Shown here one piece after another: positions 58,537-61,715 of a DNA stretch of 61,715 bases. The DNA lies in the IMG/VR virus record IMGVR_UViG_3300021961_007533, positions 1-61,715 of that record; one strand, 5' to 3'. Every line of letters begins with the position of its first letter. Within the stretch, counting starts at the first letter, position 1. The position numbers and the translations under genes were made by a program. Source of the stretch: a virus (Duplodnaviria > Caudoviricetes). The notes beneath the pieces are model-generated. The model saw nothing but the letters and a program-made list of their open reading frames with translations. It was not told where the DNA came from and did no database searches.

Positions 58537-60186
58537 ATGAGTTACATACCAAATATACAATCATTGACATCACAAATTGGTGTTAACTCCTATACTGCAA
58601 CAACAGGAAGTTTATGGACTGGAAATGTTTTTGTGGGCGCGGGAGAACAAAACGATTTTAACTATGTAGGAGTTAATCTACAAACAGATGAATCAGGAAC
58701 ATTAACCTTTGAGTTTTCACAAAATGGTACTAATTGGTCTTCTTACCCAACACAAGAGTTTACAATAGCTGCTGGTATAAATGAAGTACATGGTGCATGG
58801 AAAGGCACTAGATATGTTAGACCTAAATTTACAGGTGTAGATGGTAGTAGAACTTATTTTAGAATAAGAACTATGTATTCTTACGCGCCAATAGCTTTAA
58901 GTGCACCACTCAACCAACCAATAGGAGAAGATTCAGACGCAACAATAGTAAAGTCTATTATTGCTGGTCAAAAATTTAACAATAGATTTTCTAACTCACC
59001 TGTAGATAATGAAGGTCATATCTTTGTACATATACACGACCCTAAAACCGCATTTGGTGAAATAAGAATGTCAGAGATGACACCACAAATACAAACATCA
59101 TTTGTATATGGTATCAATCAGTCTTTAATAAATACGGGAAGCACGGGTAGTGGATCCGTATCCTCATCAAATTCTATGATAGTTGTTGAAACAGGTGCTG
59201 CGTCTAGTTCTAGTGCAGAAATATCCACAATTAGACCGCTTAAATATAATCCAGGACAAGGTTCATTGGCTAGATTTACAGGAGTATTCACTAGTGGCGT
59301 TACAGGAAATACTCAATGGATTGGTCCATTAGATGATGAGGATGGTTTTGCTTTTGGTTATAGTGGAAATACTTTTGGGGTTTTAAGAAGACAGAATAGT
59401 GTTGACTTTTTTACACCACAATCTAGTTGGTCTGACGATGTAATGGATGGTAGTTTATCTAATAGTAATCCTTCTGCACAATTATTAGACCCAACAAAAG
59501 GAAATGTCTTTGAAATAAAATTCCAATACTTAGGATTTGGTAATATAGTTTATTCAATAGAAAGAAGTGAAAGTGGTGAATTTGTACCAGTACATTTAGA
59601 TAAATACGCAAATAACTATGTAGTACCTAGTGTTTTTAACCCAACGTTACCAATAAAAGTTATAACAGAAAATACCACCAATACTAGTAATGTAGTATTA
59701 CAATGCGCAAGTATCTCTGGATTTGTTGAGGGTAAAAGAGAATTAACTGGACCAATTAGGGCATTTAGTAATGCTAAAAATCCAGCGACTAGTGAACACA
59801 CATTTAGTATAAGAAACAAATCAACATTTAAAGGTAAGAATAATAAAGTTAGAATTTATATTCAGTTAATTAATGCTTCCTCTAGAGCTGTTGGTGGATC
59901 TGGTGACCCAGTTTCTTTATCAATAATAAAAAATCCAACATTTGGTTCTGTCTTAACTTGGGTAGATGTTAATACTGATTCAGTTGTTGAGACTAGTATT
60001 ACAGATTCTACTGTAACAAATGGTGAAACAATACTTAATTTGTCTTTAGCGTCATCAGACTCAACTAATTTTAGTCCACCCGATAAATTTATATATGAAA
60101 TAGCACCAAATGATATTGTCACTTTTAAGGCAACGGGTACTAATCCAGGGTTTAGTGCTGGAATAACATGGGTGGAAGATTTTTAA
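58537..60186 (+). CDS. Putative virion structural protein (549 aa)
   Basis: TAFGE...YNPGQG...DGFAF...LGFG...PTLP motifs and WVED end that I associate with phage structural proteins. Confidence 0.6.
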   Translation: MSYIPNIQSLTSQIGVNSYTATTGSLWTGNVFVGAGEQNDFNYVGVNLQTDESGTLTFEFSQNGTNWSSYPTQEFTIAAGINEVHGAWKGTRYVRPKFTGVDGSRTYFRIRTMYSYAPIALSAPLNQPIGEDSDATIVKSIIAGQKFNNRFSNSPVDNEGHIFVHIHDPKTAFGEIRMSEMTPQIQTSFVYGINQSLINTGSTGSGSVSSSNSMIVVETGAASSSSAEISTIRPLKYNPGQGSLARFTGVFTSGVTGNTQWIGPLDDEDGFAFGYSGNTFGVLRRQNSVDFFTPQSSWSDDVMDGSLSNSNPSAQLLDPTKGNVFEIKFQYLGFGNIVYSIERSESGEFVPVHLDKYANNYVVPSVFNPTLPIKVITENTTNTSNVVLQCASISGFVEGKRELTGPIRAFSNAKNPATSEHTFSIRNKSTFKGKNNKVRIYIQLINASSRAVGGSGDPVSLSIIKNPTFGSVLTWVDVNTDSVVETSITDSTVTNGETILNLSLASSDSTNFSPPDKFIYEIAPNDIVTFKATGTNPGFSAGITWVEDF

Positions 60187-60209
60187 AAAAAAGATAATTA
60201 TATATTAGT

Positions 60210-61715
60210 ATGGCAATTAATTTTCCAAATAGTCCAATAGTAGGTCAAACTTACACTTATAATGAAAAGACTTGGCAGTGGTCGGGATCTTATTGGGGTG
60301 TGTTTTCAGCACAAACAGGTTACGTACAAGGAGCAATCAATGTGGGTGGCGGAGAAGAGGTATTTAGTGGTAAATCAGGAAATGATTTATATTTTAGAAC
60401 ATTAACAGGTGGGACTAACACTACAATTAGTACTATTGGTGATTTAATTAAAGTAGATGTTACAATACCTCCTGACACAAATACTTTTGTTACAGGATTT
60501 ACATATAACGATGCAAACACCTTTACCATAGGACAAAATGATGGTTCTAATTTTTCTGCAACAATAAATACTATGACAGGGTTAACCATTAATGGTGGTA
60601 TTGAGACCACTACGTTAACCGGTGTTTCCGCTTATTTTTCTAGTGATATAAATGTTAGAGGTGAAGTAAATTATGCTAAAAACGCAACTGACCCATTAGT
60701 AGATATTGGTGAAATGGCGGCATATCTACACCCTATGGGTAGAACACAAGGTGGTAATATAAGTAAAACATATCCTTTTGGAACAGGGACAAGTGGTAGA
60801 ACTATAACAATTTCAGACACTGTTGGTTTTACAATGTTGTCGGTGTCACCCACAACTCATGCAATTACTGAACTAAATATAACAGGAGGGGATTATGTTA
60901 TAGCAGCTAATAGTGATTTATATGTTTATTATGATAGATATGGGGTATTTCAAACCTCCGCAGTACTTCCTTCAAATAGAACTAACATAATACTTGGTAG
61001 AGTAATAACAGATTCAGATTCCATATTATATATTGAAAATTCTAGACTGAACGCTCACCATATGAGTAACTACCAAGATACTATGTTTAGAGAGGCTATT
61101 GGTGCTGTTGTTTCATCAGGTGGTTTTATAACAGAAAATACATCAAACCCACTTCAATTGGACATCACCAATTGTACTTATTTTTATTCTACAAGTGAAT
61201 TAGAATTAGCCGCAACAACTGGAATAACATTCGATAGATATTATAGAGATGTTGCAGAACCTTTCTTTTATATGAGATTAACCGCATCAACACCTAGTGT
61301 TATTGATGGTTTATATGATACAGGATTGAATTCATTAACTGGTGTTACTGATGGGTATTATAAGAAAGATTTATTAATGGGTATTGAAACTATAGATGGG
61401 GATAATTTATACCTATTAATATATGCAGATAGTATTCATACTAATCAAACAGATGCTGAATTATCCCCTTTGCCCCCACCACCTAGTTTTGCAGTAAATA
61501 CATTTATTAGATTAGCATCAATTGTATCAACAACATCTGGTGGTACAACAACGATATCAAGTATATTAGATGAAAGACCCCGTATTGGTTTTGCAACAAG
61601 TGCGGTATCACAATTAAATATAAATGACCATAGTCAACTTAATAATTTAGGTGCTGACGATCATTTACAATATCTAAGAACTGATGGTGGTAGAGTAATG
61701 ACAGGTCCATTAGAT
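60210..61715 (+). CDS. Fibre-like protein, 3'-truncated by the window edge (MAINFPNSPIVGQTYTYNEKTWQW...)
   Basis: Manual translation from ATG 60210, which appears open to the window end; contains the NTFVTGFTYND module and an HSQLNNLGADDHLQYL motif. Confidence 0.75.
   Translation, partial: MAINFPNSPIVGQTYTYNEKTWQWSGSYWGVFSAQTGYVQGAINVGGGEEVFSGKSGNDLYFRTLTGGTNTTISTIGDLIKVDVTIPPDTNTFVTGFTYNDANTFTIGQNDGSNFSATINTMTGLTINGGIETTTLTGVSAYFSSDINVRGEVNYAKNATDPLVDIGEMAAYLHPMGRTQGGNISKTYPFGTGTSGRTITISDTVGFTMLSVSPTTHAITELNITGGDYVIAANSDLYVYYDRYGVFQTSAVLPSNRTNIILGRVITDSDSILYIENSRLNAHHMSNYQDTMFREAIGAVVSSGGFITENTSNPLQLDITNCTYFYSTSELELAATTGITFDRYYRDVAEPFFYMRLTASTPSVIDGLYDTGLNSLTGVTDGYYKKDLLMGIETIDGDNLYLLIYADSIHTNQTDAELSPLPPPPSFAVNTFIRLASIVSTTSGGTTTISSILDERPRIGFATSAVSQLNINDHSQLNNLGADDHLQYLRTDGGRVMTGPLD

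Noticed and set aside
288-60853. Many short shadow ORFs in the track (e.g. 598..963, 4709..5194, 8308..8640, 20429..20797, 49319..49786, 60320..60610)
   Set aside because: They overlap well-supported genes on the opposite strand or in another frame and mirror their low-complexity codon patterns
1-61715. Alternative genetic code (TAG/TGA recoding), as in some large Bacteroidota phages
   Set aside because: Core genes are full length in code 11, coding density is high, and TAG and TGA serve as normal stops (e.g. 6743, 5267, 56660)
1-61715. tRNA, rRNA, intron, intein or transposase
   Set aside because: Intergenic gaps are short and AT-rich with no cloverleaf seen; TerL, portal and MCP are uninterrupted; no transposase or homing endonuclease motifs recognised (tRNAscan/Infernal would be decisive)

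Overview
AT-rich, gene-dense fragment of a large T4-like (myovirus-type) dsDNA phage. It most likely belongs to the bS21-encoding large phages of Bacteroidota: it has a Bacteroidota-type rpsU, TTTG-N19/21-TAnnTTTG promoters and A-rich start contexts without Shine-Dalgarno sequences. Layout: (1) 1-11.7 kb is head morphogenesis (TerL, portal, antisense ribosomal protein bS21, prohead protease, scaffold, major capsid protein). (2) 11.8-16.4 kb holds small accessory and putative head-internal proteins, including an un-called 38-aa ArfA-like peptide. (3) 16.4-21.9 kb holds baseplate-type genes. (4) 21.9-42.4 kb is one tightly packed leftward unit of about 26 genes that ends in a gp55-like late sigma factor. 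It carries about 10 apparently soluble glycosyltransferases, a GDP-colitose/fucose pathway (Gmd, ColD, ColC/Fcl) and an unexplained module of sugar-phosphate cyclase, SDR, GmhA-like isomerase, CMP-transferase-cupin fusion and two sialyltransferase-fold enzymes, plus PhoH, dUTPase and an exonuclease. (5) 42.5-45.1 kb holds hypotheticals and a stand-alone WYL protein. (6) 45.2 kb to the end encodes Cys-rich, Pro/Thr-rich and repeat-built fibre or decoration proteins. An octamer TATTTAT(A/T) precedes about 18 mostly structural genes (putative late promoter), and a shared N-terminal leader ending in (I/L)xE marks probable head-packaged proteins. The best candidate for a new system is phage-encoded glycosylation, probably of the virion, using colitose and an unknown CMP-activated donor. 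I found no tRNA, CRISPR array, mobile element or stop-codon recoding. All family assignments come from motif recognition by eye, not from database searches.
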